Below the pieces are notes generated by a model that did no database searches, was not told the DNA's origin, and saw nothing but the letters and a program-made list of their open reading frames with translations. From the NCBI GenBank assembly GCA_045653515.1, contig JAZOMB010000046.1:13114-77113 (forward strand): DNA of 64,000 nt, read 5' to 3'. The DNA is from Victivallaceae bacterium. Lineage in GTDB: Bacteria > Verrucomicrobiota > Lentisphaeria > Victivallales > Victivallaceae. This document shows positions 55,711 through 64,000 of this stretch, in pieces (position 1 is the first letter of the stretch; each line of letters starts with the position of its first letter). A program made the translations under genes and the position numbers.

Positions 55711-56220
55711 TTACCGTTTTATCACGGCATTTGCTCTTATTGTGTTGATTTTCCACTTCCCGTCAATTTTATTGCACTCCAGAGTGGTGTCGCGCACTTC
55801 GCGGAAGGTCATATTCCGCGAGCTTTCACCCGAAAACATTCCGTTGCCGCTGATAAGAGCCGTATCATTTTGAATATTTATTGAATCGATCTCGATTTCC
55901 AGTTCCGCCGAGCGGCAGCTCTTTTTCATCGTGACCATCATCTGGCTCAACTCTTTCAACGTGAAATCACGTTCCATTTTCGGAAAATCGGAAACGACTT
56001 TCACTTTCGGAGCAAATACCCGTTCCGGAGTTGCGGCATCGAGCAGGGAAAGCGCATTGGATTTGCCGGGGCGCTTGGAGACCATAACTTCAAATTCGGC
56101 AACCATTGCCCGCAGCATTCTCTCGTCACGGTTGCGGAAATAAAAATATCCCCACACGGCGGCTGTAATAAGTACCGCCGCAGTCAGGGCGGACAGGATT
56201 TTTTTTCTGATATTTTTCAA
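55711..56220 (-). CDS. membrane-anchored hypothetical protein (NTF2/SnoaL-like fold suspected)
   Basis: 169 aa with an N-terminal TM helix. Its start overlaps the lepB stop by 4 nt. Confidence 0.4.
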   Translation of the reverse strand: MKNIRKKILSALTAAVLITAAVWGYFYFRNRDERMLRAMVAEFEVMVSKRPGKSNALSLLDAATPERVFAPKVKVVSDFPKMERDFTLKELSQMMVTMKKSCRSAELEIEIDSINIQNDTALISGNGMFSGESSRNMTFREVRDTTLECNKIDGKWKINTIRANAVIKR

Positions 56221-56762
56221 AATAACGGTTCTCCTGCGATTCGTTCAAGCGATATCTGACCGAAAACGTGTTCATGTATCCGCTGACTGCGGTTGTCGCC
56301 GACAACATAGCAAGTGCCGGGGGCAACAGTGCGCGGTTTCAAATTCCAGTTGGACAGATAGCGCACATAGGGTTCATCCTGTTCAATTCCGTTGACAAAC
56401 AACGTTCCGCGGCGGAATTCCACGGTGTCGCCTTCCAGAGCGACGATGCGCTTTAAAAGATAGATATTTGAGGCATATTTTATAATGACCACATCGCCTC
56501 TCTGCGGTTTGGAGAACCAGTAGCTCCACTTTTTACAGAAGGTCAATCCGCTGCTGTCATAGGTCGGAAGCATACTCTCGCCGTCGATAACACACGGCAT
56601 CAGAAACACTCCGAACACGATCGCAGTAACAACGGCAACGATGCCCATCCGGATAAAAAACGGCAGTTTGAGTTTGGGAAAGAGGAACTCCCTGAGTTCC
56701 CCCTGTGCCGTCGTGTCATCGGAACGGTGTGCCGATGATATTTTTTTCCACCAGTTGAACAT
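56217..56762 (-). CDS. lepB: signal peptidase I (S26 family)
   Basis: 181 aa. TM helix, catalytic Ser box GESMLPT, Lys box LKRIVALEGDTV and GDNRSQ box. Confidence 0.85.
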   Translation of the reverse strand: MFNWWKKISSAHRSDDTTAQGELREFLFPKLKLPFFIRMGIVAVVTAIVFGVFLMPCVIDGESMLPTYDSSGLTFCKKWSYWFSKPQRGDVVIIKYASNIYLLKRIVALEGDTVEFRRGTLFVNGIEQDEPYVRYLSNWNLKPRTVAPGTCYVVGDNRSQRIHEHVFGQISLERIAGEPLF

Positions 56763-56799
56763 CTTTACCGCTGTCCTGTGTTATGCGATTTTCGGGATC

Positions 56800-57906
56800 T
56801 TAACGTTTGGCCCGCATCGACTCAAGCAGCGCTTTTTCTTCGGCTTCGACCATGGGCAGGAAGCGGCCCTTGTCGCTGGCTTTGGAATAGGCTTCCTGCG
56901 CAGAGATGTGACCGGCTTCGTATTCCGTTTGAATGGAGTTGTCCATGGAACGCATACCGCGGCCGGTTCCGGCATCGATGATGGTACGGATGTTGGCGAT
57001 CTGTCCTTCTCGGATGGTGTTGGGCAGCGCTTCCGACCAGAGCAGTATCTCGTGAACAGCAACACGGCCGCCGCCCAGTTTGCGGCAGAGCAGCTGGGAA
57101 ACGATGCCGCGCAGAGATTCGGCAAGCATAGTGCGGATCTGCGCCTGTTCATCCGAGGGGAAGGCGTCGATGATACGGTCGATGGTTTTAGGAGCATTGT
57201 TGGTGTGCAAGGTGGCGAAAACGAGCATACCCATAGCGGCACAAGTAAGACCCAGACGGATAGTTTCGTTATCGCGCATTTCGCCGATAAGCACGATATC
57301 AGGGTCGGAACGCATCGCACCGCGCAGCGCCAGCGGGAACGACTGGGCGTGGATACCGACTTCACGGTGGACGATGGTACAGTATTTATTGGGATGCACG
57401 AATTCGATCGGGTCTTCGATGGTGATGATGTGCTTGCTGTAATTTTCGTTGATGTAGTCGAGCATTGCGGCAAGGGTGGTCGATTTACCCGAACCGGTGG
57501 GGCCGGTGACCAGCACCAGACCTGAGCGGTAGGAGCAGATCTCTTTCAAAACTTCCGGGAGCTTCAGCTCTTCGAGGGTGAGGATCTTGCTCGGGATCTG
57601 ACGGAGGATGCACGCCATACCTTCATTTTTGTAGAAGAAGTTGCAGCGGAAACGCGCCACACCGGGGATTTCGTGGGCGAAGTCGAGGTCGCGCCGTTCC
57701 ATAAACTGAGTCCAGCGTTTGGCGGGAAGACAGATCTCTTTCATCAGCTCTTCCATAAATTCCGGTGTGATGATATTGTCGTCCAGCGGCACGATATTGC
57801 CGTGGATACGCGCTTTGGCAGGATAATCAATGGACAAATGCAAGTCCGATCCGCCCATGCTGAGCATCTGGCGGAGATAGCCGTTGATAATCGGTTCCTG
57901 TGACAT
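56800..57906 (-). CDS. pilT: PilT-type type IV pilus retraction ATPase
   Basis: 368 aa. Motifs GGSDLHLS, Walker A GPTGSGKSTTLAAM and the PilT-typical AFPSDEQAQIR... region. Confidence 0.85.
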   Translation of the reverse strand: MSQEPIINGYLRQMLSMGGSDLHLSIDYPAKARIHGNIVPLDDNIITPEFMEELMKEICLPAKRWTQFMERRDLDFAHEIPGVARFRCNFFYKNEGMACILRQIPSKILTLEELKLPEVLKEICSYRSGLVLVTGPTGSGKSTTLAAMLDYINENYSKHIITIEDPIEFVHPNKYCTIVHREVGIHAQSFPLALRGAMRSDPDIVLIGEMRDNETIRLGLTCAAMGMLVFATLHTNNAPKTIDRIIDAFPSDEQAQIRTMLAESLRGIVSQLLCRKLGGGRVAVHEILLWSEALPNTIREGQIANIRTIIDAGTGRGMRSMDNSIQTEYEAGHISAQEAYSKASDKGRFLPMVEAEEKALLESMRAKR

Positions 57907-57931
57907 ATATGTTTACTCCTGTTGGATAAAA

Positions 57932-59587
57932 TTACTTTCTCTTCCGGTTGGCGGATTCGGCGGCGGCTTCGCGCTGTGCCCAGACAGAATTGAGCTGGGA
58001 GATGATGACCGGGTCGGTCATTTCGGCAAGAGCCGCTTCGCGGGTCATAAGGTTCCGGGAATATTTTTCCAGAATACACTGGTCAAAGGTACACATACCC
58101 TGCTTGTTGGAGGTTACCATAGTGGATTTCAAACGGAAGGTCTTTCCTTCGTTGATGATGTTGGCAACCGGCATGGTGTTGATCATAATTTCATAGACCA
58201 TAACGATTCCGCCGAAGCCGTCGGGAATGAGTTTCTGACAGACTACGCCGCGCAGAGAACCGGCGGTCATAGCGCGGATCTGCGGCTGCTGGGCGGGCGG
58301 GAAGACGTCCAGAATACGGTTCATAGTATTGGGGGCGTCGCTGGTGTGCAAGGTTCCGATGACAAGGTGTCCGGTTTCGGAAGCGGTGATGGCGTTTTCG
58401 ATGGTTTCGAGGTCGTGCATTTCACCGATAACGATAACGTCGGGGTCTTCACGCAAGGCGGCTTTGAGCGCGGTGCGGTAGCTGACGGTGTGGCGGCCGA
58501 CTTCGCGCTGGGAAACGGAGCAGTTCTTGGACGGCTGAAGGATTTCGATGGGATCTTCGACCGAGATGATGTGGTCCTGGCGCTTTTCGTTGACGATGTT
58601 GGTCATAGCGGCAAGCGTGGTGGTTTTACCGGAGCCGATGGGGCCGGTGACCAGCACCAGACCGTTGGTGTAGTCCAGAAGACGGCGGATGTAGATGGCA
58701 TCTTCCGGCAGGAAGCCCAGCTCTTCAAGGGTGTGGAGCTGGCTGGGAACCAGACGGTAGCTTCCGGCGAAACCGTCTTTCTGTTCCATCATACAGAGAC
58801 GGAAACGGTCGTTGCCCAGGATCAGAGCCATACTCATATCCTGCCGCTGCTGGAAGTAGGCGCGGCGTTCCGGGGCGAGCAGAGACATAGTGAGTTTCCT
58901 GGCATCATCATAAGTAAGAACGTAGGAGTCAAGACGTTCGATCTGCCGCTGGCGGCGGACAAACGGCGGGGCACCTGCGGAGATGTGCAAGTCACTGCAG
59001 CCCAGACGGCGCAGACAGCTGAGCAGATAGATCATTCGTTCGGCGGCCTGTTCTTCGGTAAGGTATGGAGTGTCGCTCAAACTGGGGAGGTCTTCATAGC
59101 CGTTGATATCGGAGAGGTCGTAATCGGGAACTTCAAAATAGAGCGGAGTTTCGGCGGTGATTCCGGCTGCGGTAGAAACTGCAGCACCAGTGGCAGCGGG
59201 AGCTTTTTCCTTTTCAAACTCCTCTTCGATCTCGGGTTGGATCTCTTCAGCCGGAACTTCTTCGTATTGTTCCTCCGACTCTTCAGAAAATTCCTCTTCG
59301 GCATCTTCGCCGGTTTGAGTGATGGCATCCCAATCCGGAGCCGCGCCGGTTGCCGCCTGTTCAAAGGCGTAATCAACGAGCTGCTGGATCTGGTCGACCA
59401 TGGCTTCGGCTTCTTCATCGGTCATATTTTCGCACAGTTGAGCGAGAATGGCTTCGGCAAATTCTCCGAGGTCGGTGGTGTAACCGAGGTTTTCGTGGAG
59501 CTGCTGTGCAGAAGCGGCATCCAGCGCATTGTTTACCGCCAGAGCGTAGGCGAGCCATTGGATTTCCAACGGGGTATCCGGTCTCAT
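57932..59587 (-). CDS. PilT/PilU-family ATPase paralog with a roughly 190-aa acidic N-terminal extension
   Basis: 551 aa. The core has GCSDLHISAG and Walker A GPIGSGKTTTLAAM. The N-terminal region contains EEEFSEESEEQYEEVPAEEIQPEIEEEFEKE. Confidence 0.8.
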   Translation of the reverse strand: MRPDTPLEIQWLAYALAVNNALDAASAQQLHENLGYTTDLGEFAEAILAQLCENMTDEEAEAMVDQIQQLVDYAFEQAATGAAPDWDAITQTGEDAEEEFSEESEEQYEEVPAEEIQPEIEEEFEKEKAPAATGAAVSTAAGITAETPLYFEVPDYDLSDINGYEDLPSLSDTPYLTEEQAAERMIYLLSCLRRLGCSDLHISAGAPPFVRRQRQIERLDSYVLTYDDARKLTMSLLAPERRAYFQQRQDMSMALILGNDRFRLCMMEQKDGFAGSYRLVPSQLHTLEELGFLPEDAIYIRRLLDYTNGLVLVTGPIGSGKTTTLAAMTNIVNEKRQDHIISVEDPIEILQPSKNCSVSQREVGRHTVSYRTALKAALREDPDVIVIGEMHDLETIENAITASETGHLVIGTLHTSDAPNTMNRILDVFPPAQQPQIRAMTAGSLRGVVCQKLIPDGFGGIVMVYEIMINTMPVANIINEGKTFRLKSTMVTSNKQGMCTFDQCILEKYSRNLMTREAALAEMTDPVIISQLNSVWAQREAAAESANRKRK

Positions 59588-59634
59588 ACAAAGTCCTTTC
59601 GTTAAGGTAAAATATTTTTTAATGTTGTTTCAAA

Positions 59635-60945
59635 TCATTTTCCGGTTTTGATGTGGTCGGCGACCTCTTTGAGCGCGATGGCGCGGACGGGATCGGGGAC
59701 GCGGTGGGTGGCTTCCGGCGTGCAGATGAGTTTTTTATTGGTTGATGGAATTGTGTTGAACGCGGCGAAAACGCTTTCAGACGGGCAGGTGCGGTCGATG
59801 AAGCCGGTGGTGATCAGAACGCGCGGAGTTTTGATATTGCGGGCGAAGTTCACGCCGTCAAAGTAGGCGGTGGCATTGAGAACCGCCTGACGGTTCTTTT
59901 TGTATGCGGGGGTAAGCTGATAGTGCGGCCAGCCGGATTCGGTACCGCGGGCGGCGCCGCCGTGGTGGCAGATCGCGGGAACGTGGGCGACAACCATAGT
60001 GATCTGCGGATCAAGACCACCCGCGGCGAGAGCCTGACCTCCGCCCTGACTGACACCGTAAACGATCAGAGTTTTGCCATCCCATTCGGGGCGGGATTTG
60101 AGATACTGGAGAGCGCGGTAGACGCGGGAGAACATATCTTTGAAGAAAATTTTGTCGCGGTTGTCGGGGTTCCAGTGGCGGTAACCTGCGAAACGGCCCT
60201 GTCTGGCGTGGTAAACACCGCCTTTGCTGTCAGCGGGCATAGGGCTCAAGGAGAGCAGAAGCATACCGCCGCCGAGAGTGGTCCACTCTTCTTTCAGGGC
60301 AACGAAGCCGGTTCCGGCACCGTGGACGAGGAGGAAAGCGGGGAGAGATTTGGGTTTGGCATTGGCGGGATAGGAGAGTTTGGCGTAACCATCTTTGCCG
60401 TCGCCGCCCATAGGGAAGATGACCTTGAAGCCTTTGAGCGCTTTATTTTTGACCGGTTCGGGGGTTACGACCGCATCCATCGGACGGGCATCGAGTTCGC
60501 TTTTGATTTTATTCCAGAAATCATTGAAATCGGCGGGGCAGGGGAGAGCTGGGGTGACTTTTTCCTTATCGACAGCGACACCGGCGGCTTTGGCGAGTTT
60601 GAGTGATTGACCTTTGATGAAGGCGCGGCAGTAGACGATACCGGGAACTTGCGAAGTTACTTCAATTTTTGCGGAACCTGAAGCATCGGTAGTGAGAAGT
60701 TTTTTGGCACGGATCTTGCGGTTGCCTGAAACTTCAGCGATGACCTTGCGGTCGGCGATATTTTTTCCGGAAAGTTTGATGTTGAATGTGATTTTTTCGC
60801 CGCATTTGGCTTCGATCCTGTCCGCGGTTACGGCGATAGTTTCGCTGATTTTCTGTTCAACTGCCGGGGCGGATTTGGGGGCTGGGGCGGCAAACGCGGA
60901 GAGGAGGGAACTTCCGAGTACGGCGATGGCAAGAAATTGTTTCAT
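59635..60945 (-). CDS. secreted acetylxylan esterase / CE7-like alpha/beta hydrolase with an N-terminal Ig-like domain
   Basis: 436 aa with a signal peptide. Nucleophile elbow GVSQGGG. The C-terminal His region is typical of the AXE1 family. Confidence 0.7.
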   Translation of the reverse strand: MKQFLAIAVLGSSLLSAFAAPAPKSAPAVEQKISETIAVTADRIEAKCGEKITFNIKLSGKNIADRKVIAEVSGNRKIRAKKLLTTDASGSAKIEVTSQVPGIVYCRAFIKGQSLKLAKAAGVAVDKEKVTPALPCPADFNDFWNKIKSELDARPMDAVVTPEPVKNKALKGFKVIFPMGGDGKDGYAKLSYPANAKPKSLPAFLLVHGAGTGFVALKEEWTTLGGGMLLLSLSPMPADSKGGVYHARQGRFAGYRHWNPDNRDKIFFKDMFSRVYRALQYLKSRPEWDGKTLIVYGVSQGGGQALAAGGLDPQITMVVAHVPAICHHGGAARGTESGWPHYQLTPAYKKNRQAVLNATAYFDGVNFARNIKTPRVLITTGFIDRTCPSESVFAAFNTIPSTNKKLICTPEATHRVPDPVRAIALKEVADHIKTGK

Positions 60946-61103
60946 AAAATACTTTTTCCTGTGTTTTTTTGTCAGATAATACAGTATTACCTATTAAAAT
61001 AGCACTACTTTTTTGAATTGTCAATAAAGCCGCTTCAACTCACCGCGAAAAAGCAGGATTATCCGGATGGGATGAAGTTTGAATTTTTTTTCGATTGCAA
61101 CAT

Positions 61104-61132
61104 TTGCATTTCCATAGAATGTAGTGTATACT
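61104..61132 (+). promoter_or_regulatory. strong orphan sigma70-type promoter
   Basis: TTGCAT (61104-61109), 17 nt, TATACT (61127-61132). No conventional ORF follows for about 330 nt. Confidence 0.5.
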
Positions 61133-61311
61133 AGAGGTCATGCGCAGGCAGCGCAGGGCTGTTTTTTATTCGTGCCGTTTTAACGGCAAGTATCGTATTT
61201 GGTATCTGAACAATAAAACTTGCAATCTTTATTGAAACTTTGATAGCAGATGCGAACCAAGCACAGGTGCATTGTGCCCTTATGTCGAAATCATGGGGGC
61301 ACTGTATCTTG

Positions 61312-61386
61312 GCGCGTTCGTTTTTGCAGAGTTTCAGGCTTGCAAGTGCCTATTGTTCAGCAAATTTCCGGACGCGCTTTTTTTTT
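61312..61386 (+). terminator. long branched hairpin followed by a 9-T run (candidate intrinsic terminator or 3' end of an untranslated RNA)
   Basis: GCGCGTTCG (61312-61320) pairs with CGGACGCGC (61369-61377), 9 bp including one G-U. Inner pairs are TTTGC/GCAAA and AGGC/GCCT. TTTTTTTTT follows at 61378-61386. Confidence 0.4.
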
Positions 61387-61465
61387 GCGCAGTCGGTGTA
61401 AGAAATTGAAAAAATGCGGCAGTTGGTATATTAGTACGGATAAAACATAAGGAGAAAGAGTTGTA

Positions 61466-61612
61466 ATGTTTGACTGGTGCAAATTAGAACCGATTACTCT
61501 ATGGAGTGATTTTGTTTTTATGCTCGCATTTGTCATTTATTTTACTGCATGCAGTTTTCTTTTAGAAAAATTGTTTAGAGCGGTTAAAAGAAGAAAAAAT
61601 AACAAAAGTTGA
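61466..61612 (+). CDS. 48-aa single-pass membrane peptide (hypothetical)
   Basis: Below the ORF-track size cut-off. RBS AAGGAG plus 9 nt, then ATG. Sequence is MFDWCKLEPITLWSDFVFMLAFVIYFTACSFLLEKLFRAVKRRKNNKS. The stop is 16 nt before the next start. Confidence 0.45.
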   Translation: MFDWCKLEPITLWSDFVFMLAFVIYFTACSFLLEKLFRAVKRRKNNKS

Positions 61613-61628
61613 AATTGGAGGTGTGGAA

Positions 61629-63599
61629 ATGAAAAAGTATTTGGACAAGATTGCCGAAATCAAAAAAGAATTTGATAATATCAGTGCTCGTGTCGGCGAT
61701 TTTAATATTTCCGCTGAGGCAAAAGAGAAGTTCAAGGAATATGGTGTCGTTTTGGATGAGGCCAAGAATGATCTTGAGGCCAAGCGATATTTTATTTGTA
61801 CACTGGGATCCGTAAAAGCAGGAAAATCGACATTGATCAATGCTCTGTGTCAGCGTGATGTTTGTATTGATGCTCCGGCAAAAGAGACAACAAAACTTCC
61901 GTCTATTATCAAATCGGTGCAGAATAAGAGTGAAGAGGGCATATATTTTTATCAGTTTGCCCGCGCTGAAATAGTCAATAATTCAGAAAATGATGAACAG
62001 ACGAATAGTTTATCTGATGAACAGAAGAAGAGTTTGTCTGAATTAATGTCAGCAATGATTCGAGATTCTGACTGCAGTAAAATCAATGGTATCATACGAT
62101 CTAAAAAATATACTTTGATCGAAGATAATTTGAAGCATTTGACTACCGATTCCGGTGTTGTCAGTGATTGTCCGAATCCTTTTTTGGCTGAAATTAATTT
62201 CTGCCCGTCAGAAGACTTCTTTTTGACTTGCAAAGATGGCACGCCGGTAGCTATCATTGATATGCCGGGACTTGATGGTATCGAAGCCGGAATGAAACGT
62301 AACCCGGCAATTGAATTGATTGCCAGCAGATGTCCGCGCTTATTCTTAGTGCAAAGTTCAATGTCTGCTACTAATGAAACTTGCCTTAAAGCATTTAATA
62401 CATTAAGGAGTAAACATTCCAGTGTTCATGTTTCTGTGATTTTCAACAAAGTCGAAGCTATGGAATGGCATACCAAAAACGTACAAAAGGAGTATTTTGA
62501 TAGTGTTTCGGTCAAAGTAAAAGATGAATTGAAAAAGAATGGTATACATATAGATCAGTTTTCAGAAATTAATTTGTATAAGGCTAAAGATTCGTTAGGA
62601 GATAATGAATTCAAGTGGGAGTCCGGAAATGACGCAGATAGTTTGCGGAGAGCTTCTAATATAAATGAATTAATCGAACATGTGAAAACACTTGATTCTA
62701 ATGATATGCGAATCGATCGTGCTCAAGATTCCATTGAACGTTTGTATACCAATTTTGACAAGCATTTTGATAAATTGAAAAATGAATTGGAAGAACAAAA
62801 AGGAAAATTTAATAAGGAAAAAGAGGGATTTGTTGGGCAAATAGATAAGTTGAAGCAAGCAAAAGAAAAAGATCTTACCTGTCATTTGAGTATTGATTTG
62901 ACAGAAGAGCTTGAAAGAACATGGGTCAATATATGGAAAGCCGAATATGATATTTTGGACAAAATCAAGCAGTCGTTGTCCCGCTGCAAAGACGATACGG
63001 CAAAGCTTTGTGAAATGACTCGCACTCAATTGATCAACAGTAAAAATACTTTATCTGTGTCAAGCCCGCATGTGGCAGAAAAGTTGGTTGATTGTGTTAA
63101 GGAGGTTTTAAAAAAACGGTTCACCGAGGAGTTGAATGGTAAGATCGATGAAAAATATTTAGCCAGAGATCTGTTTGATGACGCTTTGAATGGAAAAATA
63201 AAGGAGTTTGTCGCAGCTATTACTAAAAGTGCTCCGGAAATTTCAGAATATTGTGAAAAATTGCCAGGGAAATTGGGACGGGGGTATGATTTGCTTAAAT
63301 CGAAGATATCCTTTCGTTATAAAACATATAATTTGGACTATTTTCAAAATTTTATTGATGGGTATTCGGACGATGTAAAATCGCACATCGAGGATGCTCA
63401 AAAAGACGAACGCGGTCAAAAAATGTTTGACTTTTACAAGCATATATTTGATGGTTCGGGGATCGTTAATGATTTGGATAAGCAAAGATGCGAGCGCATT
63501 GAAAAAGGTGAGAGCTGTGAGTATATTATTCAGGCAACAGATTATCTGAAACGTCTGTCTGAAAAATTAAAGGAGTGTGTTGATAATGAAAAATGTTAA
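61629..63599 (+). CDS. dynamin-family large GTPase (bacterial dynamin-like protein)
   Basis: ORF 61623-63599. The ATG at 61629 follows GGAGG plus 7 nt. G1 is GSVKAGKSTLINAL, G3 is DMPGLDG, and FNKVE is G4-like. A roughly 400-aa helical, Lys/Glu-rich stalk follows. Confidence 0.7.
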   Translation: MKKYLDKIAEIKKEFDNISARVGDFNISAEAKEKFKEYGVVLDEAKNDLEAKRYFICTLGSVKAGKSTLINALCQRDVCIDAPAKETTKLPSIIKSVQNKSEEGIYFYQFARAEIVNNSENDEQTNSLSDEQKKSLSELMSAMIRDSDCSKINGIIRSKKYTLIEDNLKHLTTDSGVVSDCPNPFLAEINFCPSEDFFLTCKDGTPVAIIDMPGLDGIEAGMKRNPAIELIASRCPRLFLVQSSMSATNETCLKAFNTLRSKHSSVHVSVIFNKVEAMEWHTKNVQKEYFDSVSVKVKDELKKNGIHIDQFSEINLYKAKDSLGDNEFKWESGNDADSLRRASNINELIEHVKTLDSNDMRIDRAQDSIERLYTNFDKHFDKLKNELEEQKGKFNKEKEGFVGQIDKLKQAKEKDLTCHLSIDLTEELERTWVNIWKAEYDILDKIKQSLSRCKDDTAKLCEMTRTQLINSKNTLSVSSPHVAEKLVDCVKEVLKKRFTEELNGKIDEKYLARDLFDDALNGKIKEFVAAITKSAPEISEYCEKLPGKLGRGYDLLKSKISFRYKTYNLDYFQNFIDGYSDDVKSHIEDAQKDERGQKMFDFYKHIFDGSGIVNDLDKQRCERIEKGESCEYIIQATDYLKRLSEKLKECVDNEKC

Positions 63600-64000
63600 A
63601 AGAGTTATGCGCGCTTTTGTTGGCATATTGCTGATCGTTCTGGCAATCATTGTTTGGAACAAGCACTATGCCCAGTACCGTAATGTGGAAGAAGCCCGGA
63701 AAATCGAACAGGAATTAAATGCTCTGCCGGATTATGATTATGTTTCGGAAATAAAATCGCTTATTGATGAAAAACGCTACGGCGAAGCCATCGTTCTCTG
63801 CGAAGATGTTCAGAAATTGGAATTACCCTGCGCTCCGGAAGTTGCTGCATTGAAAACCGAAGCGGAAAAAGAGTCCAAAAGTGTCTGGAACCGTTTAAAG
63901 AAAGCCGCTGATGCCTTTATTACCGGAAATTCGGATGGTTCTGCCGAAGAAATTCTGGCCAATATCGCCTCTGATATGTTCCTCTATGGAGATGTCCGCG
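63586..64000 (+). CDS. membrane-anchored hypothetical protein; C-terminus cut by the window edge
   Basis: Absent from the ORF track. The ATG at 63586 follows AAGGAG plus 10 nt and overlaps the dynamin-like stop by 14 nt. Sequence begins MKNVKRVMRAFVGILLIVLAIIVWNKHY... and stays open to 64000. Confidence 0.55.
   Translation, partial: MKNVKRVMRAFVGILLIVLAIIVWNKHYAQYRNVEEARKIEQELNALPDYDYVSEIKSLIDEKRYGEAIVLCEDVQKLELPCAPEVAALKTEAEKESKSVWNRLKKAADAFITGNSDGSAEEILANIASDMFLYGDVR

Noticed and set aside
61250-61450. 66-aa plus-strand ORF upstream of the dynamin-like operon
   Set aside because: It runs straight through the hairpin plus U9 terminator and the downstream promoter. It has no RBS and gives a basic, Cys-rich, low-information product.

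Overview
This 64-kb chromosomal window appears to come from a PVC-superphylum bacterium (Lentisphaerota, Kiritimatiellota or Planctomycetota type). That placement is an inference from five prepilin-type proteins with an [26 protein letters not shown]-terminus, four of which also carry a C-terminal H-X9-DG motif. About 50 protein genes are packed tightly. Most belong to glycan-degradation loci in which pseudopilin-like genes sit beside secreted or cytoplasmic CAZymes: a beta-helix protein, GH92, a GH63-like protein, three tandem heparinase II/III-like lyases, a DUF4091/GH123-like protein, a sialate O-acetylesterase and an acetylxylan esterase. A housekeeping block lies between them: ffh, mlaEFD-like genes, an M16 peptidase, two-subunit class I fumarase, lepB and two PilT-type ATPases. 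There are two tRNAs, Val-UAC and Asp-GUC. I saw no rRNA, CRISPR array, transposase or integrase. A recurring promoter consensus (TTGCAA/TTGCAT, 17 nt, TATATT) allowed several promoters to be called and several ORF-track start codons to be corrected. The items most worth follow-up are listed here.
- A conserved activator-type promoter module is shared by three dispersed CAZyme/pseudopilin operons, and one copy lies beside an AraC-family gene.
- A pentapeptide-repeat protein with a poly-Asp tail is paired with a tandem AAA+ ATPase.
- An AT-rich segment at the right edge carries an orphan promoter with a structured RNA, a 48-aa membrane peptide, a dynamin-like GTPase and a membrane-anchored partner.
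- A 3+3 array of pseudopilin and lyase genes forms one apparent transcription unit.
- A degenerate tandem repeat containing a tRNA-Asp 3' fragment lies downstream of tRNA-Asp.
- A 307-bp ORF-free structured spacer lies between two convergent genes.
All functional calls rest on motifs read by eye. No database search was possible.
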